DNA from: Folioceros fuciformis
Lineage: Eukaryota
Assembly (NCBI GenBank): GCA_049999805.1
Contig: JBNGIO010005679.1
Span: forward strand, 1-64,000
Length of the DNA: 64,000 nt
Reading direction: 5' to 3'
The position numbers and the translations under genes were made by a program. Shown piece after piece: positions 1-12,900 of this stretch (its first letter is position 1; the number at the start of each line of letters is the position of its first letter). The notes under the pieces were generated by a model that saw only the letters and a list, made by a program, of their open reading frames with translations, was not told the DNA's origin and did no database searches.

Positions 1-655
1 TGGCTAAATTGGACGGCAATGGTGTATGGGGGGGAGGACCTAATGCCTATCAAATCTTTGCTTTGGTGGACTTGGGAACAACTTTTGATTGTAATAGAAG
101 ATATAAGGGTATCAGCACTGCGCAAGTTTAAGTGTAAGGATTGGAGGCTTGCTGGTTTCCTTTCTCTAAGAAAAAAGGTGTTATGGAACCACTCTTTGCT
201 CATGGAAAGGTGATTATAGTGACTGGTTCTATTATTAGAATAGGCGGCTTAGAAACGAAGGAGAGAGGGAGGCCCTCCTCACCTTAGAGATATATATTTT
301 TGTATATCTGTATTTTTGTATATGTATTTAGAGATATGTATATCTTTGTAAACAAGGTAAGTTGTCATAATCAAATTTTTTTCCACAGAAAAACAAAGAA
401 AAGTGAAAAGATGCTCTCTTGTCACTTAGGCCTCTAACAAATGAATAGCCAACTCTCTAGTCACTTGGACCACTATATCTTGATATTACAAACTTATTTA
501 GAGGCATTTTAGTAAGCATAGTACAAATTTTGGGAGACATGTTCGTGCCATTACCTGGTGAGAAGCAAACCAAAACCATTACTCCAAACAAGCCCCCACA
601 TCTTAGATATGTTCACCACACCTATGAATCTCATTTGATTGCTATAGACTCTGTG

Positions 656-728
656 TGATGAGTACAATATGCACTTGGCTCTTTGTGCTCTTTTTGATGA
701 GTCCAATATGCACTTGGCTCTTTGTGCT
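656..728. repeat. ~39-bp tandem direct repeat (2 copies) in AT-rich decayed block
   Basis: gatgagt(a/c)caatatgcacttggctctttgtgct occurs twice in tandem. Confidence 0.85.
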
Positions 729-2310
729 GCTGGAGAACAAGTGCTATAAATGATGTCACCTAGGTCATTGCAGGTCCTCTTCATGTACTACACATGGTGA
801 TGTCTTGTAAGACAACATTAGATATGATGATGTCTTGGGATATATGTTTTGTATTTGCAAGGGCTCTCTCTCTCGTAGATGAGTCCCAAGTGCACTTGCC
901 AATTCCTTGGTGCCTTGGTGCTGTGGTGGCTCATGCATTGTTATATCTACATGTAACACACTCTTAGAGAGAAATATTGTACGTATTACTTGATTCAAAA
1001 GCTTAAAATTAATTATGTTCATAAAATTAAAATATTCTACAGATTGATTCAAAGTTAAAAGAAAAATCATTAAGCACTCCAACTGACATGGCCGGATCGC
1101 CGAGTGCGGGACTTCCGTGTACAGTAATGACACTCTAAAAACGTTAAGCCTATTTTGCGATACGTGTGTCTGGTAGTAGTAGTCTGGTACAGTTGAACGG
1201 GCATGTCACAGTACATATTGTACATATGTACATGTACATATACAGCATGTATGTATGTATTTAGAATATGTCGTGTCCTTTCCCCGTGGAGGATTCCCTT
1301 CCCTGCGATATTCGCGGCACGATGTAGAATTTTGTCCGTAGGGTTTCCTTGAATGCCGTGGAGGTGAAAATGAGGCGTCATTTGAATGTGGCGTCTGATC
1401 TCTTCCCGCGCGTGGATGCTAACGCTGAGCTTTAGTGTGGTCGAGTCTCCTCCCAAGTGAATGAAGGTGAGAGTATGTCATACCTAGTTCTGGTGTGATA
1501 TGCCAAGCTCATAGCCAGGCTACAAGGGCCTTGCACTGGGAGAGGAAATGGTATTGCAGCCAAGCGCACAGCTAGTCTACGCGGGTCGTCCACCAGGAGA
1601 GGAGACGGGACTGTGGAATTGGCGTGCAAGAGAGGGAAGGCGAAGCTAATGAATGGTTCAGCCGAAGTTGTTCATTGTCTGTAAGGATGAGAGGAAATGG
1701 GTAGGGGGATAACGTTGTTAAACAATAAACAATGGCAGGCGAGTAGAGCGAGAAAGATGGCAGGACATGCGACGACCCACGACCCGATAAAGGCACACGC
1801 GGTGGTGAGCTGGCCCGCTTGATCTCGAGAACTGCTTCGCTGAACCGTGTCTCAGACAATGTGCAAACCACAGGGCGGGCGCGGTGAGTGATGAGGATTG
1901 TGCGCTGAGACCACGAAGGCACGCTCAAGGACACCTTACTGCGGCTGCAATTCGACTGGAAGCTCAGGGGCTGGCCGGAGTCGTCGAGGTGGAAATTGTA
2001 CAGCATGTATCTGTGGCATGTCGATTGACTGCTTGTGCATCGTTGCATAGAGCCTACTAGCATAGGGCAATTATGCTGGGTTCCTGCCTGGTGCGCGTTG
2101 TGCCGCTGCCCATTGGCACTTGTCATTTGCGGCTTGGGCAAGAGTGGTTTTTCCTGGATATTTACACGATCGGAAACAGGTAGCACACCAGAGTGTCGAC
2201 GGCTTGGAAAGAAGGCTGCCTCGCAAGCTTGCTGCCAGCCTCCTCACCCACGCCCTGCCTTGTCCTTCTCATGACAGGTGGGATTTGGAAGTTCGACCTC
2301 GGGTAAAGAG

Positions 2311-3017
2311 ATGGCAGAAAAGCGTGGTGCCAATGATGAGGCCACCAGGTTAGATCCTCTCTCCCGTCAAGGCGATCTCAGCACTGCTTCTTTCGCTCTC
2401 ATGATATCAGCGCATGGATTGAGCCAAATGCAACCTTCGGATTGTGGCACAGGAACTTCCATGGTGCCCTCCCTACTGCTCTGCTGAAGAAGGGCTTGAC
2501 CGCTGTCCATGTCACCACGCTGGACGAGGTGGTGAGTGTAAACTCCTTCTTCACAGTGGCAGTCTTCATTGGGCTCTCCCTCGTGGTCCCCAACACAAGC
2601 ACACTACTAGCACCTCCGCCTCAGGACCCAGCATGCTATCCTGGCTCTCACGTCATCAAGCAGCTGCTCGTTTTTATGGTGGTATCCTTCAGCTGCTTCC
2701 AGTTTTCCAGCCTGGTGGCCCACGGCATGAAGCTTGCCATCGTTTTGAAAAATGGGGACAACAAGGAGGAGCCTCACTTCGGAGAAGTGAGCTACAAGGT
2801 GCTGAGGATCGGCATGGGCTTTTCTGCCATAGGCTCTGTATCGGGAACCGTTTTCCTCATGCTGGCCTTGCTCAACATCATCCAGTTGCGGTTTGGGAAG
2901 TTGGGTTGTGAATCCGAGAGCTGGGCGAGAACAGCTGCGATTCCCCTACTGGTGCTGGTACCTACTGGCGTCTTTATTTTCCTGTCTGCTGTGTTACACG
3001 GCCTCTTTTTCCATTGA
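2311..3017 (+). CDS. MEE60 (maternal effect embryo arrest 60)-family small multi-pass membrane protein; exons 2311-2348 and 2453-3017
   Basis: TAVHVTTLDEVVSVNSFFTVAVFIGLSL, SFSCFQFSSLVAHGMKLAI and SAIGSVSGTVFLMLALLNIIQLRFGKLGC match the family signature as recalled; a GT-AG intron at 2349-2452 joins ATG 2311 in frame. Confidence 0.75.
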
Positions 3018-4210
3018 TGCTGATTCCGTAGTTGTCGGCTCTTTCCCCGATTGTACTCTATGACACGCTGTACCTGTAACCTTCAAGCGTGAAGGAACGA
3101 CTTTGTAAAGTAATGCGCAGAGAGTCTGTGGGATGAGTCCGCAGGAAATTTCTTCGACAATTTCGCAGGAAACCTTAGGTGCAAACTTTTACGATGAACT
3201 CCTTGTAGAAAGCGATTGCAGGAGTTTTGTAGCACCCATTTACGAAGGACGGCAAAACATTACAGAAGGAATTGTGTTACAAGATTATAGTAGACATGTA
3301 CAATAGGGCGTGTCCAGAGTAGAAAGACCACCACAGAGGAACATATATCAGAGATACATACAACAGCTCAAGGCCCGAGCTAGCTAGCTAACTAAGCCAG
3401 CTACCTGGCAACCGACTGCTCCAAAGACGACTTGTGCAGAGTAAGAGATGCTGCGCTAAACCCATACTGGATGGGATAAGGATCAGAGGTTTAATGCGCG
3501 AAGGTTAAGCTTAGTTCATCATAGAAAATGATTCCCATTTTCATAAATGAGAGTGAATTTCTTCTACGGTTGATTGTCTAGCACCAGTTTCAAGGGTTGG
3601 CCATAAGACTAAAGGACAAAACGAAAAAAGTCAACTTTACAGGCAACGTCACAGCTTAATGATAACCTTAATCGTTGCTCCTCCTTTCTGCTCCTGGACG
3701 TGGATTCTCTCACCAACTGAACCCAACCTCCAAACCTAGGATCCTCCTCCGCGAGAAAACTGATAACACCTGTGCACCCAAACTTCAGACCTCTTTCTAT
3801 GCCATATCAACAGAAACTGCGAGTAACATAACCCTAGAAACTTTCAGAGAAAAGACTAGCAAAGAAACTGAGGCTACTTCTACCGCTCCCATAACTTGAT
3901 CAACGATACTAAGAGGAAAAAGATCTGACTGCGTGAGGAGCAATAATTGCCCCTGGGCCACCCAGGCAAGGCCACCCCAAGCAACAGCAGCAGAACTTTC
4001 AAAANNNNNNNNNNNNNNNNNNNNNNNNNNNNNNNNNNNNNNNNNNNNNNNNNNNNNNNNNNNNNNNNNNNNNNNNNNNNNNNNNNNNNNNNNNNNNNNN
4101 NNNNGGTCCTAAGTAGAACCTACCTAAATTGGATCCTTGAGGAAAATGTAATCACTCCATTCTTCACCCAAGATACTGATCAAATGTATGCTGAGAAGAA
4201 AGTTGGCAAT

Positions 4211-6033
4211 CTACCATGGGCCCGAACGAGTTCGCCTCAGAGCCAGAGCCCTAGATTGTGGTGCAGTCTGTTGAGCATGAGCGACCATCGCTTCAATTAT
4301 CTGCTTCAAATCAACCCGTCAGCTCAGAGACCTCACACAAGCTCAGGAACTGCCACCTATAGCGACTCGAAACACACCTGCTTCTTCTTCAGTTCTTCCT
4401 CCTGCTACCAACCGTGGAAAAAGGGAAATCAGGACAAGCATCACGAGAAGTAGACGATCCTATACAGCGAAAAGATGATGGCGTAGCATACCTGTAGTTT
4501 CCTCAGCCTCAAGTTCTCCTCTTTCAGCTGTGTAACCTCAGCTTCCAACTCGACAGTGTACGCCTGGAGTCAATTTACAAACTCATCAGAATCCTGAATG
4601 GGACCAATCTGTTTGAGACTGCTATTCTATGGCTTAGCTGCTAGGTGACGGCTAAGCCTACCATAAGATGTCGTGAACAACATCTCCACCAATCCGAAAA
4701 CAGGGCAGCAAACAGGAGCTCTGCCACAACATCAAGGCTCGACAGCACAAAGAAGGGATGTGTAGTGGCACACATTAGTCCATATAGCCTGTGTAGTCAG
4801 CACTCTAAACGCTAGAATAGAGGGTTGCTGATAATCGACCTGCTTGCGAGCCCGTGATCGAGCAGCAGACTCCCGGTTCTTGATCATGCGACGTTGGCGC
4901 CGCTCCACAACCTTTTCTACTGGCCCATCTGGAACCCTCTTCCTTCCCCTGAAGCCGTCTAACCCGTAGCCGCCACCTATTGGAGAAAGGCTCAATCCAT
5001 TCCCACCATTGCCCATGCCATCAGAGATGGGGCTGGTGGGAGACGCCGGGGCGAGCGCCAAGGTGCTTATTCCGGGTCCTCCACCAAGTCCTATACCCAG
5101 CCCTCCTGCCATGCTGTTGGCCAGACCACCTCCTAACGGACCAAGAGCTACCGGACCGCCGTTGCCCATCCTCTTGGCAGCATTGACATAAGCGGCAGCC
5201 TCCGCTTGCTGCTGCGCAAGAAGCACTTGCTGCTGCTGGGTTCGGTATTGATCACTCAACCACTGCACCTGCTGCTGCTGCTGCTGTTTGAAAGCATCTA
5301 CCTGCATGGCGTCAATGGCATTTGCCTGCGACAGAGTGAGGGCGGGATGAATCCCAGCCCCTACGTCCCGTTCTGACCCAGCGGTGCCTTCCCTGTCTAC
5401 GAAGCCTGCCGCTAAGTCAACACTGTCTCCCACATTGTCACCTCCTACAGGGGGACCAGGTGGGAAGCCAGCAGAGACAGGGGCCATAGGATTGCCTAAA
5501 GAATCTATATCATCTCGAGGTATACCAGCTTTCACCAGAAAATCCTCCAACGTCATCTCTCCCAATGTTGCGGTCCTTGCCTGCTGGGCGGTGGTGACGG
5601 TGCTGGCTGCATCGTTCGAAGCGTGGATGTCCCGCCACACCTCATCCACAGTCTTCCTGCTCAAAGTCCGAGGCAGAGAAATGGACGCCTGCCTCTGCAA
5701 GCCAGGCTGCCTGTTGAGCCCGTGTGTATCAGATGGTGACTGCTCATCCTCCACGCCCGAGGAAGCATTGTTCATGGCCGCCGCCATGGCTTGCTGCTCC
5801 TCAACCGTCCAGATGTTCCTCATAAATTCGTCCATGTTCATGGACCCAAAGTTCTTCATCTCAGGCATGGAGTTCTGGAACTCGTCCAGCGTGAGAGAGT
5901 AGATGGAACTCTGCCTCGCTAAGGTGGGGAACCCGTTGCTGAGTCCCCTCCCCAAGCTCGGGAAGGAGGCATTTAGGAGGGGGGCGTTCGAAGACATGGA
6001 GGCAGACTGCGCCGGCTGAGCCTGAGACCCCAT
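4211..6033 (-). CDS. ABI5: Group A bZIP transcription factor (ABI5/AREB/ABF-like); exons ~6033-4840, 4563-4492, 4401-4378, 4300-4211
   Basis: C1 LARQSSIYSLTLDEFQ and NFGSMNMDEF, C2 LQRQASISLPRTLSRKTVDEVWRDI, C3 TLGEMTLEDFLVKAG, basic region RRQRRMIKNRESAARSRARKQ; spliced exons give AYTVELEAEVTQLKEENLRL, EEELKKKQ and the C-terminal C4 motif LRRTRSGPW*. Exact orthology within ABI5/ABF is uncertain. Confidence 0.92.
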
Positions 6034-6436
6034 AAATCACCCAAAAAATGCAACGAAGATGCTGTAACACCGGCACCACCAGGTCTCTTCCTGTTGTTAG
6101 GACCTCAAGGATGACTGGAGCGAGTTGATACCCGTCTCTTCCCAGCAAGAAGAAGCGGCCATGTCCAAGATACGTCACCGATCTTGCAGTAACCACTCCA
6201 TACATCTAGAGCTTACCACAACTAACGCCAACCCGGTTACCAGAGCTGCTACCCACTTCATGCCCAACTGTTCCCTCCAAACAGTTGCTCGTCTACCCCT
6301 CCCAACGATCTCCCAGCTGCACGCCAACAAGAGCAGAACTTTCGATTGGTGACCCAGATCCGGGTTTGCGTCACACCTTGGCTCCCCTTACTAGACACAA
6401 GAAACACAGCCGGAGCACTCCACCTGCTTTGCCTGG

Positions 6437-6503
6437 CTTAGCCTAGCCTAGCCTAAAGTAGCCTAGCCTAGCCTAGCCTAGCCTGCACTCCACTCCACTC
6501 CAC
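6437..6503. repeat. (CTAGC)n and (CACTC)n pentanucleotide microsatellites in the bZIP 5' leader/intron
   Basis: agcctagcctagcctaaagtagcctagcctagcctagcctagcc followed by cactccactccactccact. Confidence 0.85.
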
Positions 6504-7167
6504 TCTGCCAGCAAAGGAACAAGCTTGTCAGCTCCTAATAAATGAGACTGTCTTTTCCTGGCACAGAAGCTCTCGAAGAGGGCCCGAAGAGGTTAGGACA
6601 GCCACGGCCTCGGTGGGCACCCTAGTATCGCCGCACAAACGTGACGCGCCGATGTCGAATTCGACAACAGATGCAAGAAGCGAAGGAAAGGAAGAGAACC
6701 GGTGGAAGACAGGTCAGGGACAAGCGGAAGCCTGGGGAGGGTAATGCACGGGGACGGGAACCCGACCCTCCCCCGCTCAGTCTGGCTCCGGGGTGAGGAA
6801 AAGGGAGAAGAGGGAGAGGGGAATAGCAGGAGGGGGGAGAGAGGGCGCCGTGGCTGAAGCTGCACTGCACTAACTAACAATGGGAAGGGGAGGATATGGC
6901 GGAAGGAGAAGGCAACACCGAAGTGACAAGAAGAAGAAAGCTCGCAGAAGAGCAGAAGCAGGCAGGCAGTAGAGACTGGGACTGCGTGAGGAAGGCTTCC
7001 GGAGAAGACAGGAGTTGCAGAGCTGTCTCGCTTCTACGGCGGCCTCGTGTCTAGCTAGGCTAGCCGCCTCGAGTTTCGCCGGCGTAAAGATTCGCCAGCA
7101 GCGTTACGCCCTTGGTCAAACCGCAGTTAAAGAAACGGTGCGGAAAGGAACGTTGTAGACGGCTGCG

Positions 7168-7206
7168 ACGCGTGGAGGCTAACGGGGGCAGTGGTCGACG
7201 CGTGGC
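7168..7206. promoter_or_regulatory. Paired CE3/CGCG-box-like elements (ACGCGTGG x2) upstream of the bZIP gene
   Basis: cgacgcgtgg twice, 30 bp apart (ACGCGTGG at 7168 and 7198), just upstream of the pyrimidine-rich minus-strand leader; ACGTG cores at 6639 and 7351. Confidence 0.45.
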
Positions 7207-7826
7207 CGGCCGTGACACACGAGAGATGCTTGCGTGACGGGCGAAACCGGCCAAACCCCCCCGTCTTTGGCCGCGCACGCACGCCCGGCGCAAAGAGCTC
7301 TCCGCTCTCTGCTTTCCCTACCTGCTCTCCAGATACCCTAACGGAACGGGACGTGAGTGTTTGGGCGACAAATGGAGGACAGCGGCTGGGGCTGGGGCTG
7401 GGCCTGGGGCTCCTGTCGAGAGGCACACTTGGTCACAATCGCTTCGCTTCTCATCTCCCGCTCATTTTGACTTAGGACACCCTGTTTGGTGCAGCACAAA
7501 TGGCTTTGTTCCGAACACGACTGCTGGCCCTAACCCGACTCCCAACTCCCGACTACCAACTCCCAACTCCCAGCTCCCGCCCGTTTGCATTACAAGGACT
7601 CCCGCACCCCCGAGTCTTCTACCAGCCTACTATCATGGGACACCCCAGTGCGAGATGAGCAGGAGCTAGAGCAAGGGCACGACCTCCTCTCCTCCTTGCG
7701 CTTGCCCTTGCCCTTGCCCTTATTGCACCGCTTTTGTTGCTGTTGCACCTGACAATGCAACAACCACTCAAATTCCACTGTACGATACTATTTTCTACTC
7801 TGTGCAGCGTGCTGTGTGCCCATCCC

Positions 7827-7881
7827 CTGACCCGACCTGCCCTGCCCTGACCTGACCTGACCTGACCTGATCTGACCTGAC
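7827..7881. repeat. (CCTGA)n pentanucleotide microsatellite
   Basis: cctgacctgacctgacctgatctgacctga run. Confidence 0.85.
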
Positions 7882-9956
7882 GGTTCGCTATTCCTGCACT
7901 CACAGCGTGCCAGAAACACGGTGAAAAGTGGCCATTTGAGATGGCCGTGGTGCCCAAACCCCCGTTCTCCGCATGGGCTTTCAAATTCAACGGCCCATGG
8001 TTTCGTATGCAGGCCTCGCTTCGCATTCGACTGAACTTCAATAATGCAATGGAATGGCACTTGGAACCTCCAAATCCTCCTGACACGACAAAACAAAACA
8101 GAGCCTTGTCACAGCCAACATGTAGTTACAATATGTGCCGTCTGGTCTGTTGTGAGCTCTGCCATACAAGGGTTTTAGTATGATCATAGCATTGGATCAA
8201 CACGATTTTAGGTCTGGGGTTTCAGGAAAAGGTGTTTCAGCAACAGGTAGTGTGGGAGACCACGTCTCTTGTACATGCCATTGTGATGGATAACGAGCTC
8301 ATGGTCGAAAGCCCACGGAACATGAGTCCCTTAACACATCACGTATCCCTTTCAGTATGTATAACCATATCGATTCTCGACTCCTATAGACCAGTTAGAC
8401 AGAGGAACGCTAATACTGTACTGAATACTGTGCAGTATGTACAACTTAGCCAGAAAGAAAGTTTCCGTCAGATGCCGGGGGCTAGGTCGTCCTCAGTTTA
8501 CGGTAGATAAGACATCTCCATCTTCTTTTCAATAAACCATGCAAGTCTTCTTAGCCAAAAAATCCTGTGGCATACCCAACCTCACTCCTATGGATGACCA
8601 TAATAAGGCGACGGGGGAGACTCCGGACGGTTCATCGACATTGAACTGAGAACTTCCTTTCTTCCTACCTTGGCCCTACGCAACGTACAAATCGCCTCTT
8701 CCGCAAGCATCTCAGGGTGTCGCTCGTATGCACATGCTGTGGTTAGTAACTTCAAACAACCTCCGTACTTTTTCTCAAAAGCCTCCTTTTCTGGCGGGAG
8801 CTCCTCTCCGTTTTAGGCACATACGTGTGAAATAAGAGACGGACCCAGCCGCGGCCTGACGACACCGAGCAGGCCGCAGGCATCACGCGCTGAACATGGG
8901 GCTGCATGGGGTTTCAAGAAGCGCGACGAATCCCTCCTTCCCTGGTGGCCCTGATACCTAGTTTGAAAGACACCAGATAAATCCGAGAGAATTTTTTCGT
9001 CATCAAAATCATCACCAGGCAATACAATACGACAAAGCGAAGGAGGTTCTTTCTGGACCAATGTGGGCATCTGCCAAGACACACCAGTAGATGCGCGACA
9101 CAGATGTCCATAGAAGCCCGCACCAGAAATAGGTGAAGACCATCTGACAGTGCAGGACCTTTGAGTTCAGGTTGGAACACTTGGCTCCTTGCTTCCAGCG
9201 CCCAGCATGAGCCGCACTGCACATTGCATGTCATATTAGGGCTCAATCTCCTTCACTGACTCCTCACATGGCCGTACTAGATACTACCTTACCAGGAGTT
9301 TGGCCATATCATGTGCATGCCGGCCACCACACCAGGTGTCTTCGTCAACCGCTATGCAAAATGGTTTGGATTCGCTTCAGCCTTTTCCAGGGTAGCCCCA
9401 GGCATGGACCAGGGGAGTCATTCAACGAAAAGGACAACGGTGGACAAGCACACGCCTCACATAGCGAAAGAGCCCAAAAAGCAAGCGACCCAAGAAACGC
9501 TTACTTCCAACTTTTCGTTTGCCGTGACACAACGCAATTTGCTTCTATAATGTCTTTCAATCTGCAACAAGAGAAAGATTAGGTAGATGGCAACACTTCA
9601 GCAAACTTCTTGCAACTTAGAGCTGCCACAAACAACACGAATGAGTACCTAGTTGCGTCATTGCTCCCGGGAAAACATGTCAAGCGCTAAGCTGAATCCT
9701 CTTAACGCGTCCTCACATTGCCGATACACTTAGGCCAAAAGTATATCTGGAAGGTGTTGGTAACTACGCCTAGCACTCTTACAACGTACCAAGTCACCCT
9801 TTCCCTCAACAAGGTCTCGACAAATCCTGCACACTCGGTTCTACTCTCTTCCTTGAAGGAAGCGCTGCATTGTCAGCTGCACCCAGCTCGAGGCACTACA
9901 TCCTACACTGACTATGGTACAACACAGGTGTTCGGCAACAGCGCTGCCAGTCACGG

Positions 9957-12900
9957 TCATCGTGAAAGAAGTTGCAACTCCAATAGTGCAGCTGCTGCCG
10001 CGTCAGCCACCTGTGGAAGAGGAGAGCTTCTCAACCCGAGTAATGTGTTCTCAAGTGCAAGGGAGTCAGAATTCCTTGCTAATGGAGAGGATGACTGGTT
10101 GTTCGTCAAAGACAGTCGATGCTCTCGGCAAGCCACCGATACGGCGAACAAAAGTCGCCGCTGCAGGTAAGAGAGTACATTGTGACTATGACAGTTAGCA
10201 GAGACCTCCAAGGCTTGAGCTATCTGTGCCATGTTCGAAAGGACATAACCTTTTGCAGCCTTTGGTACTGTCCTCATAAGCAAAACCAAAGACTCGGAGG
10301 CTGTTTCCGCAATGCGAGGGTCATAGCTGCCAGAGAGCTCCACAAATATGCCTGCATACCGACCTAAATCCCACATATCTTGTATGTAAGAACCCTCTTC
10401 TACACCATTAGCTTCCGCTGCTCCTGCACCGTTGGCCGTAGAGCTGCTCTTTGCTTTGCCACCCTTGCCTGAGTTCCGAAGCAGAAGTACCCGACAAACG
10501 CACAAAACAGGTTCAAGAAAATCCTCCATACCTTTGGCATGGACGAAGTCCAGCAAAGCCCCAAGTCTCCCCACAATCCGAAGCTCAGAGAGCACTTTGG
10601 TCTCCACTTCCGGAGCGCATGCAAGGAACAGGCAAAGTCTCACATCATGAAGATTGATTCCCACCAGATCTTCGCGAAGAAAATCAAAGAACTGCGACAC
10701 CAACTTCAACTGTAGGATGTCGGAAATCTTGATGCACTTAGCATCCAAAAGCATGACAAGGAGCTTCTGTGCATACATCGGGATTGGATCCTCATCAGCC
10801 ACCAATGACGAATATATGGGCAAAAACTGTTGCTTGACGACAGACTCGATTTGCTCCTTCCTTCCTTCTTTATCTGCAAGCTCTGATTCGCTAAGATGCA
10901 CAGCTCCTGCAACAGATAAATCGTCCAGAAACAAGACTAAGCTGTCAAAGAAGATCTTCAGACAAAGGAATCGCATGTCTCCATCTGTATTCTTTCTGTA
11001 TAAGAAAGCCAGGCTTGGAAGGAACCGATTTATGAACAACTCTGGGTATGACAGAAGGAATGTCGACTGCTGTGATAGAACTTCCACTATCTGTAGCAAA
11101 GTCGATTGGAATTCGTCTTGACCCTGCACACGCTCAACCGTAAGAACACACAACTTCTTAACATTAGCTGCGGTAGAGGTGAACGTTTAACTAGGCAAAG
11201 CAACGTGAGAAATTGACACGAAGTGGGCAGTCGCACCTGAAATGTAGACGACTCAACGTATTTCATGTATCCCAGTAGTCTCTTGAGAAGTTGCTCATCC
11301 ACAACCCTATCCCTGAACGTGGCACTGTTGAACAGATGTAGTACAACTGGGAACAGCGGAATAGAGCTTCGTGCTGTGGACCTCGGAATAGGCGACCCAC
11401 CATGGGCAGTCCCCGAACCCGGTCTCTTTCCATTTGCTAGCGTCTGGACATCATTCGATATGCTCTCCAAAATACCAGGAATCACACCGACTATAGTTTG
11501 AACCAGAGCTTCTGCACATTGTTGAACATACTGATCTTTGTCCTTCATAAGCTTCTCAACGGCAGGCAGCAATTTGGCATTGCAAAGAGATGGAAGCCAC
11601 CTCCGATTAATCTTACAGAGAAGTGCAGCACATACAAACGCTTTCCCACGTAGAACCTCTGGACCTTGCTCAAGAATTCCGACAATACTGGGAATAAGAG
11701 CTCTCTCTTCCAGCAGTGCCAACAGATACTTTCCCATGTTCGGAATAACACTGCTCCCCACTAAAGCCATATTGAGCAGATTTATGTTCACTTGCTGTTC
11801 CCTCACTGTCCCCTTTGCCAGGCCAGAGACGAGGTCCTTGAAAGTCAGCTTTTCCAGCACAACTGGGATTGTTGAAGGAGTAAAGCGAACCAGCCGCACA
11901 ATACATGAACCTGCTGTTGCACGCAGGGTGTCTTGCTTTCCTGCAGCTTTGTATATGTGACACAGGTTCTCCAACACTTGGTGATTGGTGAAACGAGATG
12001 CCCAATCTCCTCCCTGACTTGCAATATTCTCTATTGTCTTCAAGGCGTAGTGTTGAGTCAAATCATCCTCACCCTTCTGAAGAATGGATCCCACCAATGC
12101 AATAGTAGTACTAGGCACCTGCTTCAAAAAGCACCCCAGCATGAGAACAGAAACGCCGCAAGCAAAGATGACGTGGATTCTTTACCCTATTCCCTCAACA
12201 AAGTGGGCAACCAGAAAAAGGTAAAACCACCCACAGCAGCGTTAACTGACACCCTTACCTGCCAAGCAGAGGTTGTTCTTCCATCCTTGGATGGACTTTC
12301 CTGACCACCTGACCGAGGAGACCCATCATTCTGAGTTGCTATGTAGAAAAGAAGCTCCCCCAGGGTGGCCATGGCGCACCTGCGCACCTTATCCTGTTTA
12401 TCTCTAAGGGTATCTGTGAACACAGCTATTATCCCCGAACCTCCAAGTTCTTCTTCAATCAGAGTCGCATGGCGTATCAGAATCCCCATGACAGCGATTA
12501 GCTGCATCCGAAGGCCAGGTGGTTTCGTTACTCGTAACATTTTCACCAGCATAGGCATCAACGGTCCATTGATAAGGACGTTTGCAGCATCTATGTTGCA
12601 AGCAAGCGTCTCCAAATATTTCAGAGTGTTCAGCTTCTCGTTCAATACTGTGTTGCCATGAATACTGGACATGATCCGGCTCAGGAAGGACTCAATCTGT
12701 TCTTGAGGCAACTTCACAAACTCTGCACATGCAAGAGGGTCAACCGGAAGAAGTCTTGGGTCGAACGTGGCATCTTGAGCCTTTTCGGACCTCTTGCTTG
12801 TCATTATTGGACGAACGGCAAGGTCAGACGGGTGCCACAGACAGTGAGCAAGCGGAAGAGCCGGTTTATCCACTGCCGGGGTTGCTCGAGGCATGGGAGT

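Noticed and set aside
1070-2186. Minus-strand ORFs of 128 and 204 aa
   Set aside because: No recognisable motif; the region looks like the promoter/leader of the MEE60-like gene
9199-9222. VQCGSCWA, resembling the papain active-site motif
   Set aside because: No other C1A protease features (pro-domain, SEQ.LVDC, catalytic His/Asn) nearby; treated as chance
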